From Eledone cirrhosa (taxonomy: Eukaryota), in NCBI GenBank assembly GCA_964016885.1, contig OZ024742.1, forward strand, positions 314,092,001 through 314,156,000: a stretch of DNA of 64,000 bases, read 5' to 3'. Under the pieces are notes generated by a model. It was not told the DNA's origin. It saw nothing but the letters and a program-made list of their open reading frames with translations, and ran no database searches. The translations under genes were made by a program, and so were the position numbers. This document shows, piece by piece, positions 13,244-28,720 of this stretch. Numbering within the stretch: position 1 is the first letter of the stretch; each line of letters opens with the position of its first letter.

Positions 13244-16200
13244 ATCTATCTTTCTCTCTCTCTCTCTCTATCTCCCATTTCCACTCTTTCTCTCTCTGAC
13301 ACGCACATACTACAAGCACACATACACTCTCATACACAGTCGATATATTTGACCTATATTGATGCATATGACGTTTGTATACTTTCCGTATATTTCTTCC
13401 TGAAGGCATTTCCTATGCGTTGTTTTTGTCCTGTAATTATGTTCCACAGCTGCTGTTTATCAATTTTGTAAACGTTCTCCATCTTATCATTCCATACGAT
13501 ATGAAAATAACCGAAAAATTACAGCAATAATAACATCAATATACATGCGCTTTAAAATATCTTGTCCCAAATTGATTAGAAATGTTTGCTTTTTTATGTT
13601 ATGCAAGAACTAAATAGAAATAGCAAATTATATTTATTGATCAGATTGATTAAGATATCTCTTCTATTTTCATAATTTTCATTCCATCCCTTTGGACACA
13701 TTGAAAAAGTGTATATATCTTCATTATAAAAATGAATGCAATATAAAATTTAACTTTTTTTTCTTTGCAATTAGGAATGTATTTATTCCGCAACAATTCA
13801 TCGGAAATCTCTCAAATTTAATGTCTTTTTCAAAATTTATTAATTACATGAACATTAGAATAGATTTGAATATTTCTCGTGTGAAGAACTTTTTAGAGAA
13901 TGTTAAAAATTTAAAGTATATATTTAATTTAAAAGAAAAAAGTGAATAAGTGAAGAAAAAATACACAAATTATGAAATAAAACTGCAACCTCATTTTACA
14001 ATAGCGTCTAATTTTGCCTGGAAATAAGCGATGGAATAAACACATTTTCTTTTATATGATTTACACTAATTCCAAATTTGGCGTAATCTTGCTATTAGCA
14101 GAGCGAAGTCGAATGAAAAAGTAAATAGAAAACTGAAAACCGTTTCAAAAATATAAATAAATGAAAGAAAAATATAGAAAAAAGAAAACATAATAGAAAT
14201 GTAATTAGATACAGCAATAATAACAACAATAGAAATATCTACAGCAGCAGCTAATTCAAATTATTCGTTTAGAGGTCATTGCAACAGTTGCTTTAAGATT
14301 AAGGTTAATTTGTCTTCGTTTTCTTCTTCTCACACTTCTTTTCTATTCCACTTCTTTCTTTTTCTCCTCTTCACACTTTTGTATATCTTCTATCCCTTCC
14401 AACTCATTTATTTCCAAAATAGCTCTCTAATCAATGGAACGTTTCAAAATTAAATAGAATTATATACGATCGAATTTGTAGCGATTTTGAGAAAGAAAGC
14501 AGAATAATAAAATTATTTCCAAGGCACCGTGACATATTTCAGTACCTAACCATTTCTCCCATTTTGCTCAAAGCTATTCCATTAAAAAAACATCGACATT
14601 TTAATACATTTTCAAGTTTTGACCTAATATTTTCTATTGTGAATATGCTGAACATTTTACTGTGTTTAATATAGTATGGAATTATTTTATATAACACTGT
14701 CATATATATAATACGGTATATAATTTAAATCTCTTTTAAGATGTTAATTCACATAAAGTATTGCAATTATTGATGTTCATTGAGTCAGATTTGCCATTCA
14801 AATCGTTTAAAGTGGTTACATTATTTAACGATTTTTAGTCTGTATTATGATATGCCTAAATCAAACAGTATTCAAATTAATATAAAGTCTAATTCAGACC
14901 CTCGTGTGTTGAAGATTTAATGGGACTTGTATTTAAACTTGTATGAAGCTTTGAGGAAATTTCTATTTTTAGTTTACTTCACTTAGTTTTAAAAATACAG
15001 TCCAATAGAATTTTATTGTGGATTAAACTTTTTATGGATTTGTAAATTAATTTAAATATAGCCCAATACGCAGTTCTAAATAAAGTATTCACAGTAGATC
15101 TATGAACAAAATCTGATGGCTGCATTCGCACTAACTATTTCCTATTTAAGGGCCATGGTAAAATATTCTCTTAGATCTGTTAAAATATCAGACGTTCAGT
15201 TATGCCTTGTATTTTCTCCTGTGAGAAATGCTTGAGAAAATAAAATAAAACAAATATATCACATCGTTTATTTGCCTTGCATTACACTCATTCATCCTTT
15301 GACTCTGATCGCTTCAATAAGGATTTTCGTTGCATAAACTCTTTCAAAGACTAGCAATGATAATATATTAATTCCGGATATCTTACAAGTTTTCGACAGG
15401 AAAGTCATTAAATAAACATAGTTTATTTCATTCAGTTCATACCATTATCTTTCCAACATATATCCATTCTACACGGTCGCTAATAATTTAGGACAACCTT
15501 CTTTCCTGATCTACTAATTTGGATACATTTTCTAAACTACATGTTTATCCCAAAAGTCTATAAAAATACTGGATAACTGTTGAACCTCTATGTAGCAGAG
15601 CTGAACCGCAAGTATTCTAGCTGGGACGTGTAATTTTCAGCCAAATGAAAGAAACCAATGGGTGCTTTTTCCTGTTAGAGGAGTAAATTCCCCATTGATA
15701 TAGCTAACGGTAAACCGTCTCTTTAAAACATTCTATAACATTTAATTTTCTATAGTATAATGAAATAATAAGAGGTAGTGTGATATGTATTCAAAAGTAG
15801 ATTCATATCAGTAGAAGCTGTTTCATTTGTAAACTTTTGTTTTTGAAAGTCCCAAACATGGCGTGAAGCCACTTAGTGTAAGGGACTATGAAGAGGTAGA
15901 AATTAAGACGAAAGGAATGAATTTACATTAGACTTGAAAGAGTTCAAGTCATAAGAAAGAGGAAAACAATGATATGGAAGCGAGATCTAAAATCTGTTAG
16001 TTTAAGGAAAAAAGCTACGATCATAGAAATATTTCCTTATTCATGGAACGACAACAGCATTCGGATAAAGACATCGAATTTCAAGTTAGGCGCGATGACA
16101 CAAAGTAACCTGGAACCAACAAAGAAAGTTCATCAGAGCCCCTCATATGGTAACGGCAGAAAGGAATAAGAATGGCGACATCATATCGATGTGAAAAAGG

Positions 16201-16611
16201 TCGAGTTTTCGCATATACAAGACACAAAATTCTTTATTAATAATATATTTAAAATATATCTGTTCATCTATTATTTAGTTAAATAGCCACCATAAAGTCA
16301 TATAATAAAACAATTAGGAGAATTTAACATGGTCACTCAACCTGATTGAAACAGCAGCCAACTCTCCCCAGAAGACTTTCGCGGAATAATTTAATATGAC
16401 CAGAATACTTAAGAAACAGCAGACAAGATTTACTGAAATTAAAAAACAAACAAACGTTTAGTACACATAAATAGTGGATTATGAAGTATGTAATAATTCA
16501 GCTTTAGTAGGTCATTGCTTAACTACATTGAAATTACATGTTAGATTCTTATTGTGCAATAAATGTTTCTTCGAATCTAAACAAATCATAAGTAGTTTTT
16601 CCTAAGTCCAT

Positions 16612-16722
<111 letters not shown>

Positions 16723-16725
16723 AAT

Positions 16726-17391
16726 ATATTGTTATACTTTGGGAGGGTCATGTTGCCAATAAGAAACACACACACCAGTTGCTTTCACTCCAATTTATTA
16801 TAAATTAAAAAAGTTTATAAAATCTACACACCGAAAAGACGCAATGTTTAGACAAATCACAGAGGCAATAAATACAAATGAACTCCAACCAAAATTAAAT
16901 AGAAAACATGAGTGGAATAGCAACATCACAACTTACAATTAAGGACAAAATGAAAACACACACACATAGAACAAACAACCAACCAGTAACATGAAATAAA
17001 CAAATAAATAAACAAATAAAAGCACACACAGACACCCGGATGTAACACATGCGCAAATTAAGCACACAACACACACAAAAACAAGATGGCGTAGGACAGA
17101 ACAAAGGAGAGGCACAAAACAAAGAAAAGAATCCCCAGTCACTGAAGAGGTCACAGAATGTGTGACGAAAGAACTTTGACAATATATGAACAACCGTCCG
17201 GTTGTGGAACCAACCAACCAACCGGAAATTTATAAACTTTTAAAATGTTTCAATTTAATTTATAATAAATTGGAGTGAAAGCAACTGGTGCGTGTGTTTC
17301 TTATTGGCAACATGACCCTCTCAAAGTATAACAATATCGGTTTCAACACACGTTTTCAGATAAAGAATCTTGCTAAACAAATTCAGAAATG
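16726..17391 (+). mobile_element. Family A HHR-bearing inverted-repeat retroelement (PLE-like, non-autonomous), copy 1
   Basis: Arms 16726-16809 / 17254-17337, 54-bp tail, (TA)n on both sides, HHR at 17138-17180. Confidence 0.85.
17138..17180 (+). ncRNA. Minimal type I hammerhead ribozyme
   Basis: GUCA-CUGAAGA-G GUCACA GAAUG UGUGAC-GAAAG AA CUU^UGAC. Stems I, II and III all pair. Confidence 0.85.
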
Positions 17392-17480
<89 letters not shown>

Positions 17481-18387
17481 CAATATCGGAGAAAGCTTTT
17501 TAGCGATGCTCCGCCCAAATTCCAACTCACTCAACAAACATTAGGAAATAAGTGATTATATTCCCAATTATGCGGGGTGCTAACTAAAAGTATTGCGTGG
17601 AAAATTGGCTGTATTATTTCATATGAGATATATCTAATATATCTCTTCCCAGACGGACGTCTCGTTTCATTATAGGACTCCTACAATTTGGGTGAAATTA
17701 TACCAATTTATGTAGGAGCTTGTATACCATCAATGGATATATATTCAAGTGGGCTCCTATAATTCATCAGTGGGTGCCCCAGTAATACTAATATTGATAA
17801 TCTAACCAACATCAGCTTTTAGCGATAATCACTTTCTGTTCCTGAGGTATCTGTCAGGTAGCCAGTCCAGCAGTTCTGAAAGAAGTGCTCGAACTGATTC
17901 AAAAACTGAGGAAGTAAATTACCGCCAAAAAAACAATACATGCGCATGACAATGAATTCTGAAAGGAATTCAGGCCACGTGCTAAGAACTCAATTGGAAA
18001 TTGAAAAAATATCTATGTGTGTACAACATTTGATGACACACACAGATATTTTCTCGGGCAAAATAACAGAATGAGATATAAGGAACAATCAATATTCATA
18101 TATAAAAAATAAACGAAGAAATGCTAACCTTACATCGGGAAATTTTTCGAATCTGTTGCTCCAAGAGTAAGTAAATAAATACAATATCGGAGAAAGCTTT
18201 TTAGCGATACTCCGGCCAAATTCCAACTCACTCAACAAACATTAGGAAATAAGTGATTATATTCCCAATTATGCGTTCGGGGAGCTAACTAAAAGTATTG
18301 CGTGGAAAATTGGCTGTATTATTTCAAATGAGACATATCTAATATATCTCTTCCCAGACGGACGTCTCGTTTCATTATAGGACGCCT

Positions 18388-18449
<62 letters not shown>

Positions 18450-18556
18450 TACAATATGGACTTAGGAAACACTACTCATGATTTGTTTAGATTCGAAGAA
18501 ACATTTATTGCACAATAAGATATCTAACATGTAATTTCAATGCAGTTAAGCAATGG

Positions 18557-18592
<36 letters not shown>

Positions 18593-18621
18593 ATTATTAT
18601 TAGTATTAGTAGTATTATTAT

Positions 18622-19027
18622 GAATTGACAGAATCGGTAGAGTGTCGGACACCATGCTTTGCGGTATTACGTTCCGCGTTTAAATCCCGTCGAGGTTAGC
18701 TTAGCCTTTCATCCTTAAAGGGTCGATAAAATAAAGTACCAGTCACGTACTGGAGTCGATTTAATCGACTTTCTCCTCTCCCACAAAATTGCTGGCCTTG
18801 TGCCTATATAAGTAACCATTATTATTAATAGCTTGATAGAGGGCGAGGGATTGGCAGTATCGGTAGGTCAAACACCATGCTTTGCAGCATAGAGTTACGC
18901 CCCTTTATGATCTGAGTTCAAATCCCACCGAGGTTAACTTTGCCTTTCATCCTTACGGGGTCGATAAAATAAAGTACCAGTAATGTACTGGGTAATTGCT
19001 GGCCTTGTGTCAAAAGTAGAAACAATT
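18622..19027 (+). mobile_element. Two tandem tRNA-derived SINEs
   Basis: Copies at ~18622-18820 and ~18848-19027 match the SINE consensus. Confidence 0.88.
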
Positions 19028-20287
19028 ATAACCCCCATTGCATTACAAGACGTTGTTTCGGAAGAGTATAGCTCTTCAAGTAATGCGCCATAACATCCAA
19101 TTGCCAGTGTTTAACCTACATATGTCTGTTTTTCAGAAAAGAATTAAGGAAACCAGCTGTGCTTCTAAGATCGCATGACTGAATTTTGAGACATTGATTT
19201 TGTAGTATTCATTGAATTTTTGTATTTGTTGATTCAATAAATGTGTAATTAAGTGTGTCTATTAAAACGTGTGTGTTTCTATTCGTCGTCTTCCTTTAAA
19301 GAGTTTAATGTTTTCCTGTAGAGGATTCAACGTCTAGCGTTTCAAAATGTTGAATGTCAGTCTTCGTTCTTAGTGAGAAGTGAACGCGTGTGTACGCTTG
19401 TATGCGTGGTTACCTTTTAGAGACATATGTATCTTTGCGTCCAGTAACACACACACACACGCGCGCGTGTGTGTGTGTTTGTGGGTATATCTGTGTGTTC
19501 TCTCAGACGTATGCAGGTATGTGCTCGAGTGTCTACGGACTCGGCTCTGTGGTGTTTCATGTATGAATTTATTAAACAAATCTTTTTTACTAATGTGTAT
19601 TTTCTCTACACAAAATCTTGTAGGGAGAATTAATAATTAGATTTACAGGAAACATAAAGAAAAAAAGTGAAAAAGAAAAAAACAAGTGGAATACACTATT
19701 TCTTTACTTCAATGTTTTCTTGAAACAATCTGATATATTGAATTATCTAACGTTGATGTATCTGGAGGTGCTTGGTAGATATTTGTAGAGTTCTCTTCTT
19801 CTTCTTCTTCTTCTTCTTCTTCTTCTTCTTCTTCTTCTTCTTTCAAACGCGTACGAATATGTCAAAAGAGAAGAAATGAAGGTGAAACGCAAATGAAATG
19901 TCCTGTTCTATTAAAATCGCATATTACCTCTGTTGAAATGTTGTTTATGATACATAAAACAGTAGCTGCGCGTGTGGGGAGTAACGAATGAATTCTGTTT
20001 GGACATTTGTTATTTTGTTTTCAAACTATATGAATTATCGAAGTGCTGGGATTTAAATGTTTAAAAATGTGAGAATTCCAAAGGCAAACGAGAGCTTTAA
20101 GAACAGCCAATCGCTATAAAATATAGATTAGAAAATTGCGTAAAAAATTCCTAGCGATCGAAAAACGTGGCCGGGGAAACTTACATAATGAATGATATGG
20201 CATATATATGTTTATTGAAAAAAATTCAGATATGTGCTCTTAAATATATAATGTAACTCATATATAAACATACAGAAAAACACACCC

Positions 20288-20348
<61 letters not shown>

Positions 20349-20350
<2 letters not shown>

Positions 20351-20460
20351 ACGAAGGAAGTGTGGTAAGGAACCAGATGGACCATAACGCACCAGAGTAC
20401 TCAATACTTAGGGTAGTAGAGTAGGTAATAGGAAAATGTTCAAAACCCCGACATTTTCTG
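20349..20460 (-). mobile_element. Solo 3' tail of the 47343-49551 family, inside (TA)n
   Basis: Homologous to 47343-47444 (aacgaaggaa.tgtggtaaggaaccag..accccgaca). Confidence 0.8.
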
Positions 20461-20547
20461 ATATATATATATATACATACACACATACACGCACACACAC
20501 AAATATATCTAGCGATCTATCTATCTATCTGTCTATCTCTCTCTCTT

Positions 20548-20578
<31 letters not shown>

Positions 20579-21402
20579 GTCTCGGATATGACACCCTTAA
20601 TTTAATTTAATTTTAGATATATATATATATATTTCTACCAAAAATATATTAAATCTCCTCTCAATCAAAGTTTAATGCCAAGGGACGCTAATACTTCGAG
20701 TGAAATATCAAAGACATCGAAACAACGTTGGTCTACTTATTTAATATAACTTTCCCCAGATGTTTTGTTGAACGGCTTTGATAATGCTCATGGTCAAAGT
20801 TAAAATATTTTGGTATTATTTCCGGACAGAATTAAATCTGAAATGAATACAATATAACAAGACAACTACGACATTAAAAATTATATCGAGCTATTTAATG
20901 TTACATACTATAAACGTAGAAGAGGAAGAAATGGTTAGCAATGTTCATAGTGATATGTAATGTTTATTTGACATTAAAAGAAGACCGTCGCTTCTGACAG
21001 GACCCGCCGGAGGGAGTGTAAGAAGAAGAAGAAGAAGAAGATCTTAAATGTAGCTTTATAAAGAAACCATAAATTAACATTAGGTAAGAAAACTTGGGCA
21101 TTTCTCATATGGACAGGCACGAAGAGATTGTCAATTTGGTTCGAATCTTTACCAATCAAAGGTGACTCACTTTATCTAGTATCATATATAGGATTGTTAT
21201 TATCTTCTTATTAACAAATAGCATTTATTAAACGGATATAATTTAACAAACTTTGTCTATCCATTTATGATTTTGGACTCCATCTGTACTGTCTTACTCG
21301 TTAGAAAATATATTTTAGTTATCGACAATAATATTTGAATAATAAAAGATAAAATATTTTTCTTTATGGAGACCTAGCAAATTTTGTATGAATATATATA
21401 TC

Positions 21403-21460
<58 letters not shown>

Positions 21461-21486
21461 CCCGGCGGCTATATATTAGGTATTAA

Positions 21487-21665
21487 TTAGGCAGTATCGG
21501 TAGAGAGTCGGACGCCATGCTCCCCAGCATAGTTACGTCCCTTTACGGTCTGAGTTCAAATCCCGTCGAGGTTAACTTTGCCTTTCATCCTTACGGGGTC
21601 GATAGAATAAAGTACCAGTAATGTACTGGGTAATTGCTGGCCTTGTGCCAAAAGTAGAAACAATT
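21487..21665 (+). mobile_element. tRNA-derived SINE
   Basis: Consensus match. Confidence 0.88.
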
Positions 21666-22449
21666 AATTACATACGTGTTATTTAAATAACTCGGATAAT
21701 GTAAACATGGGAGATGTATTGACTTATCTCTTATTGTTAGTTGATGTAACCAATAATAAATGATTCATAACTAGAGAAGTTGAAGTGTCCGCCATTATAC
21801 AGATAAGTAGCCGTTTCTAGTTTAACACACGGTATACATTTTGGCAACATTGCAGTATTTTTAGTATCTTCATGCGTTTAAAGTTAATTTTTAATAATAA
21901 CGTTAATAAAAGTGATTGTAATCAGTTAGACAATCAAAACATTGGAATATTATTAATACACGCAAAGTTTAGTGTTAAACCTGACGCAAAACTAACAAAC
22001 CTACTTCATATTATTTTTCTGTGATCTTATTTGTGATTCGTTACTAATGAAGCAAGTATGCACTTTTCTGTAGCTTAGCGCCTATTTTATGATGAAAAGA
22101 ATATATAAGTGGCATTTCAAAGGTTTTTCAAAATTATAATTTGAATTCATTTTTAATTAATTGATTATAGTTTTGTAAATCCATTAAGATTTTATTTTTA
22201 TATTTTTATATTTGCTTAATTTTTCTTCTTTTTCGAATTTTTCTTTTTCTCTTTTCGTTTTCTACATTAGATTTCCTGATATTTTCAAAGACAATTTCTT
22301 CTTACATTTTATTATTCTATTTTTCATTGTTTATGTTTATATAGCCAATGTTTTCAAAGAGAATGTTTGTGATTATTGAGGAGATTGGAATATTTGTTTC
22401 GAAGTCGAGTAACTCGAAGTTACATGTTATTGCAATATATATTTATATA

Positions 22450-23575
22450 TATACTGGGGCACCATCCGAGAAAAACATGGATTCATTCTGGAGAAAAATA
22501 TGGGGTGAAAAGAAGAAAGTGCAGGCTGGCTAAAAAACCCCAAAAGAACAAATGCCCCTACACTACAACAAAAACACACAGAATATATGATGATACAATT
22601 GAGACTGTGATAGAAAAACTCCAAGATAAGAAAGCACCAGGAAGAGACTTGATTGTTGGCTACTGGTACAAAAACTGATATTATATCGAATGTATCTCAT
22701 CGACCTCTACCAACAAGCTCTCAAGTAGATACACATATACCAGGGTGGTTGACATTAACACAAACAATATTAGTCCCTAAGAACAAAGACACCCATATAG
22801 CAAAAAACAACCGACCCACTACATGCCACAACCTAATGTATAAAATGTATACAGCCTGTTTGAACCTATTTCTTCAAGATCACTGTGATAATAATAACAT
22901 CATCACAGACGAGCAAGCAGCTGTGAAGAAAGGTGCTTGGGTTTGTGTCGAACATCTCGTAATTAACAAAACCGCGATGTCAGAGATGCGGCAAAAGAGG
23001 AGGAATATGGTTACAGTCTGGCTGGAGCTCAAGAAAGCTTTCGATTGTGATTCTGACTCTAGGATGATAGAAGCACTCCGACGGTGCTAAAGTCCCAGAC
23101 ACTATTATCAGAGCCACAGAGAACCTTCTTGGGCTACTATCCTAATGTTAAATACAGAGGAGGAGGACTCTATTTTCACTGATAAAATAGAATATGGCAG
23201 GGGAATATTTCAAGGAGACAGTCTCTCTGTGTTATTATTTATTCTGTCATTAAACTGCTTGTCCTCTCTGCTCAAAAATTATGAAGGATACATAATTGGC
23301 TCACAGAAATACAAATCTAACCCATAACCGATTTATAAATGACCTGAATCTTTATTCCAAGAGCATAAATGCGATGAAGAAAAACCTTGACCTGGTTACA
23401 AGGGTCTCGAATGATATAGGAATAGAGTTTGGCGAGGATAAATGTTCATATATGATTTTAAAGAGAGGAAAAACTACAAGCCAATCTAGCAATATTTTTA
23501 TCAATGGTCTAACTGTTTCACCGATATCTGACAAGGACTGCCACAGGTAACTAGGGATAGATGAGAATATATCAT
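22450..23575 (+). mobile_element. R4/Dong-like non-LTR RT, decayed
   Basis: KAPGRDLIVGYWYK, ILVPKNKDT..NRPTTC, WLELKKAFD, GIFQGDSLSVLLF, FINDLNLY (FxDD-derived), FGEDKC across frameshifts. Confidence 0.85.
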
Positions 23576-25169
23576 ATTTATCTCGTTAGTATTGTCTAAA
23601 TTCAAATGAAAGAGTTTTGTGTCTATGTTAAAAACCACCTCTCCCTATATTGGTAAAGTTTATAAAACAATGAAATCAAAGAACATACATAAATACATAC
23701 ATACTTACATACATGCATGCATGCCTACCTGTCTTCCTACCTACCTATCTACCTACCTAACTACCTAGATTCAGCGCAGCATAGTGTGTGATACAGGTGA
23801 CCCCTTGTATTGTAAGCACAACTCATTTTTTCTTGCTGAATGAACAAGAGTAGCAAGAAACCGAACTCACGCCCTTACGATTGTGAGCCGAGCAGCCTAA
23901 GAACTAAGCCACGTGTCTTGATATCATACATACACATATGCACATACATACACACACACATGCATTAAAGATTCAACGAAAAAACAACGGTTCGTACTTA
24001 TTTGAAGAGTGTTATACTATTTTAAATGACTGGTTGCTATTCAACCATGAAATATCTTAACAAGACGAAAATATTTAGTTAGAGATGGCCGTTAATGTTT
24101 AGAAAATGTTAGTTTCTTTGGAGAGTTTATCAGTAGGTTACGAGACTATCTGACATTCAATCGTAAAATATTTCCAATTATTTCAGAAAATATTTTCATT
24201 TACAGCGACAAAATGATATTAAATCCGAACGTGCGTTTAAGATACAATTCTTACATAAAAATATATTTATTTTCACTAAGATGCAAAGGTGACAACCAAA
24301 CGTTACACAGATTACGAGGTTTGGCATATTTTAATACCTTCCAAATGACCTATAGCATTATTATTTCGTAAATACCATCTATGCTTCAGCATAATGGCAA
24401 ATTCTTTACCAAATTTTAGTCTATGAGGATTCTGAGCATATCCGTTATAATCCTTAGAGATATAATTATTAACTTTCAACACTTTCGCAAAATAAATTAT
24501 AGATTTTGAAAGACAAATTATTTAATGAGCAAAATGTTACATGAACTGGAAGTATTAGTCACACACATGCGCACAGACGCTCAAAAACACGCTTACAAAC
24601 ATAGACACTCTTACATAAACACCTATATATATGTATATACATATGGTTAATTATATATACAAACACACATTCACACACATACGCAGGTATACATGGAAGT
24701 GTTTGTGTGCAAGTATGATACATATATGTATGTATGTAATGTACGTATGTATGCATATATATATATATATGGGTGTGTGTGCGTGTGTATGTATGTATGT
24801 ATGTATGTATGTATGTATGTATGTATGTTCTTCTGGTTTTATAATTTCACAAATGTGTGCCAATAGAGAGAGGGAGTCGATTTCTAACATAGACACAAGA
24901 CTCTCTCATTGCAATCTACACAACATCAACTAGGTAGATATGTATGCATGCATGCGTGTGCAGGTATGGATGTTATTGTATGTGTGGATGTGTATGTTTT
25001 GAGTTATATGTGTGCATGTGCAAATGCTTTTTATAAATTTGTACAAGTGTATATGTAGTTATTAGATGCAGAATGTTTGGAAGGTTTTACATATTTTGAC
25101 TGTTCCATTAATGGATTGTACTTATAATTTCCTAATGTATGTATGTAAGTATGTATGTAAGTATGTATG

Positions 25170-25275
<106 letters not shown>

Positions 25276-25652
25276 GTTGCACTCACGTGCCGACACATAC
25301 ATTTGTACATGTGCATATATGTGTGTATGTGTGTATGAGTTTGTATGTTACCATCACCTTTTCGATTATATGATGAATACAACATATATGGTTTCGTGGG
25401 TGTTTGTTTTCGAATTTCGCAGTACAAGGCACGCACACACGCACACACACACACATACACAAACACGCAAACACACACACACATGCGCGCACGCATACAC
25501 ACACACACGCACACACACACACACACACAGATACATACACACATACACCGCAACCATATGCACACACAGAGATCCCTCATGTGTATATGTATGTATATAT
25601 ATATATTTAAGGAAAATGCAACTGGAGTCTTTTAAGAATATTTATTTATTTA

Positions 25653-25688
25653 CTTTACTGGTTTCACAGTTCTTATGCTTTTCAAAAC
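25653..25688 (-). ncRNA. Hammerhead ribozyme motif, U3:A8 core (same family as 9407)
   Basis: Minus strand: UU-UUGAAAA-GCA UAAGAAC UGU-GAAAC CA GUA^AA. Flanks are homologous to 9360-9465. Confidence 0.65.
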
Positions 25689-25853
25689 TAAAATTGATAT
25701 GGTGGGTTTGTGTTTCTGTTGTATATATATATATATATAACCAGAGGTATATGATCTTTAAAGTGAAGAAATACCAATGAAGGTTGGAACATCACTGATG
25801 AAGGACTAATTTTATTCATATGCAACCCATGTGCAACCACGCAGCACGCCATT

Positions 25854-25895
<42 letters not shown>

Positions 25896-26075
25896 ATATA
25901 CAGTTTCCGCCTGCTAATTTTAACTCACGTGATATTGGTCTATTGAACGTCACAGCAGAGTAGGCCAAAACGGAAGTACGTTTTGACAAGGCGGATTTGT
26001 TAAAGGGTAGAGCTATGCCTGCAGCTACTAAAGAATCTTGAATGCGACAACCACCTCTATCCACGTAATAATAGA

Positions 26076-26256
26076 GTTTCTACTTTTGGCACAAGACCAG
26101 CGATTACTCCAGTGCATTACTGGTAATTTTTTTTATCGAACCCATAAGGATGAAAGGCCAGGTTAACCTCGGCGGATTTGAACTCAGAACACAAAGGGCC
26201 ATAAATCTATGCTGCAAAGCATGGTGTCTGACTCTCTACCGAATCTGCCAAACCAC
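26076..26256 (-). mobile_element. tRNA-derived SINE
   Basis: Reverse-complement consensus match. Confidence 0.85.
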
Positions 26257-26652
26257 CAGAACAGATATGTTATGGATGTTTTCAGAGAGACTAACGAACA
26301 TGCAAAAATGTGTGTGGAATTGATGAGAGAAAATGTATGAACAGTACTCTAGACAAATTTAAATTGCATCAGAATTAGAATTGTATCCACATGGAGTATG
26401 TTATAAAATTACAGACGGGCAGATGACGTATGCTCATTAACCTAAGATTTATGTACTTTCACTCTAATTAGAACATATGAATTTAATTCACGCAAGGTGA
26501 GATATTTCTCCATATTTCCTGTGTTGAATGAAAATACGCATGCATACATACATACATACATACATACATACATACAGATACATTTATATGTATGTATGTA
26601 TGGGTAGATGTATATATGTATGTTTGTATGTATGCATATATATATATATACT

Positions 26653-26715
<63 letters not shown>

Positions 26716-26746
26716 TATATATAATATATATATATATATATTAATA

Positions 26747-26930
26747 ATTGTCTTTACTTTTAGCACAAGGCCAGCAATTATCCCAGTGCATTACTCGTAC
26801 CATATTTTAACGACCCCGTAAGGATGTAAGGCAAATTTAACCTCGACGCGATGTGAACTCAGAATGTAAAGGGCTATAACTCTACGCTGCAATGCACGGA
26901 GTCTGACGCTCTACCGCTGCTGCTAATCCG
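26747..26930 (-). mobile_element. tRNA-derived SINE
   Basis: Reverse-complement consensus match. Confidence 0.8.
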
Positions 26931-26997
26931 AGCCACAAGCAGGCTGTTTCTTTGATAGAAAAACTGAAATCCTTCAACATCGGAACCGACAGAGGTC

Positions 26998-27086
<89 letters not shown>

Positions 27087-27105
27087 CGTATATATATATA
27101 TACTC

Positions 27106-27163
<58 letters not shown>

Positions 27164-27664
27164 CATTCTGTTAACAACTTAATTCGTTTTGTGATATTTT
27201 GCAATTTTGCAATATTACACACTGAATTCTTCCGCCAAAAATAAGGGTTGCCTCCCTTGCCGAGCCTCACGTGGGTATTGGGAACGGTCAATCCTTGGCC
27301 TGCCACTTGAACTAAAACCTGTTGAGAAAGTGACGTCCTCGTTCAATCATCTTACCAAAAGCTTAACATTATTTGTCTAAGCGGACAGTACTTGATTTAG
27401 GAGTCGCAGAAACCCAAATGCTGGATTTTACCAACCATCCAGGGGTCTGGGTAAATTTTTCAATCACATTTTTTTTATTTGTTTGACCCGAATTACTTGG
27501 TCGTTTCTATGGCTGTGCGGATAATGGTTTAACCATCGTCTCAGTGTGTTTGGCTTTTTAACGTATGTTGTAGCTCTGGTTCGTTAGAATTTATTGAGCG
27601 CTTGCCACACATCTCGAAAGTTGTTTTTCGCTAATTTCCAATAGCCGAAATACGATTCTCGCTA

Positions 27665-27736
<72 letters not shown>

Positions 27737-27789
27737 TCTCACTCTCTTTGTCTCTCTCTTTCTCCGTCAGTTTCATGTATACGAGTGAT

Positions 27790-28320
27790 TAATGGTCGGC
27801 ATTCCCATAGTCAAATAACTAACAAATAGTTTTATCGCTCTATATATAAGAATAATGCGAACAAAGTTGGGGCGAGTACACAGCCTTTACTTCACGGACA
27901 ACTGGAAATGGGGCTGTTCTGTCGCTCCCAAGTAAGTCTCTAGCAGTTTACAAATGCGTTCGAACATCGATATCTTTTGAACATGGTCCATAATCCCTCT
28001 CTTCCCACGCTTTCGTATGCCTTCCTAAAACCAATGAATACGACGAAAAGTTAGATTTACTGTTCAATAGTATTTTCCTGAATATATTACAAGGTGACAT
28101 TCATGTTACCGGTGTTCCTAGTTGCACGGAATTTATTTTAGCTTCCAGTAAAGATTTACTCAGATATATTGTGTCATTACTTGAGCAGTATATTTGATAG
28201 AACATTACCCAGCGTAGGAAAATTTCTCATGTCGACTACTCTTCCGCCGGTAAATAGTTATTATTTGAGCATCCTCGGATTGTAGCGAGAGGTTTCCGTA
28301 TTCCCAACAGTCTAGAGAAT
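27790..28320 (-). mobile_element. RTE-clade LINE RT fragment, decayed
   Basis: Minus strand: FIGFRKAYESVGREGLW and VK*(R)GCVLAPTLF-like motif. Confidence 0.7.
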
Positions 28321-28440
28321 GGTTAAGGATTTTGCTTTGCAATCATTAGGTGTCCGGGTCGATCCCACTGTGTTACATCTTGAGCAAGTGTTATACAATC
28401 ATAGCTTCAGGTCATCCAATATCTTGAGTGAAACTTGTTA
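28320..28440 (+). mobile_element. CORE-type SINE remnant
   Basis: tggttaagg..gggtcgatccc tRNA boxes followed by cttgagcaagtg. Confidence 0.5.
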
Positions 28441-28623
28441 GAGGGTCACTGTTTCGAAGTCCAGTGAATGGACTGCACCAGTAATCCAAGAGATCCACCT
28501 GGTGACAGTCATACAGAATCTTCTTGAGTATACTGAACAAGTAACATGTTAATGCCATAAGCAGGCTGTTTCTTTGATAGAGAAACTGAAAACTTTCACC
28601 ATCGGAAGTGGCAGAGGTCCTTT

Positions 28624-28720
<97 letters not shown>

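Noticed and set aside
11300-16500. Host exons in the unique AT-rich stretches (also 61.5-63.5 kb)
   Set aside because: No ORF with a recognisable protein signature. Short exons cannot be excluded without RNA-seq.
17338-17365. Antisense ctgaaaacgtgtgttgaaac in the family A tail as an HHR
   Set aside because: The core and stem II do not conform. The convincing motif is on the sense strand upstream.
20104-20125. CCAAT next to TATAAAA as a promoter
   Set aside because: The spacing is too short, such motifs are expected by chance in AT-rich DNA, and no downstream exon is supported.
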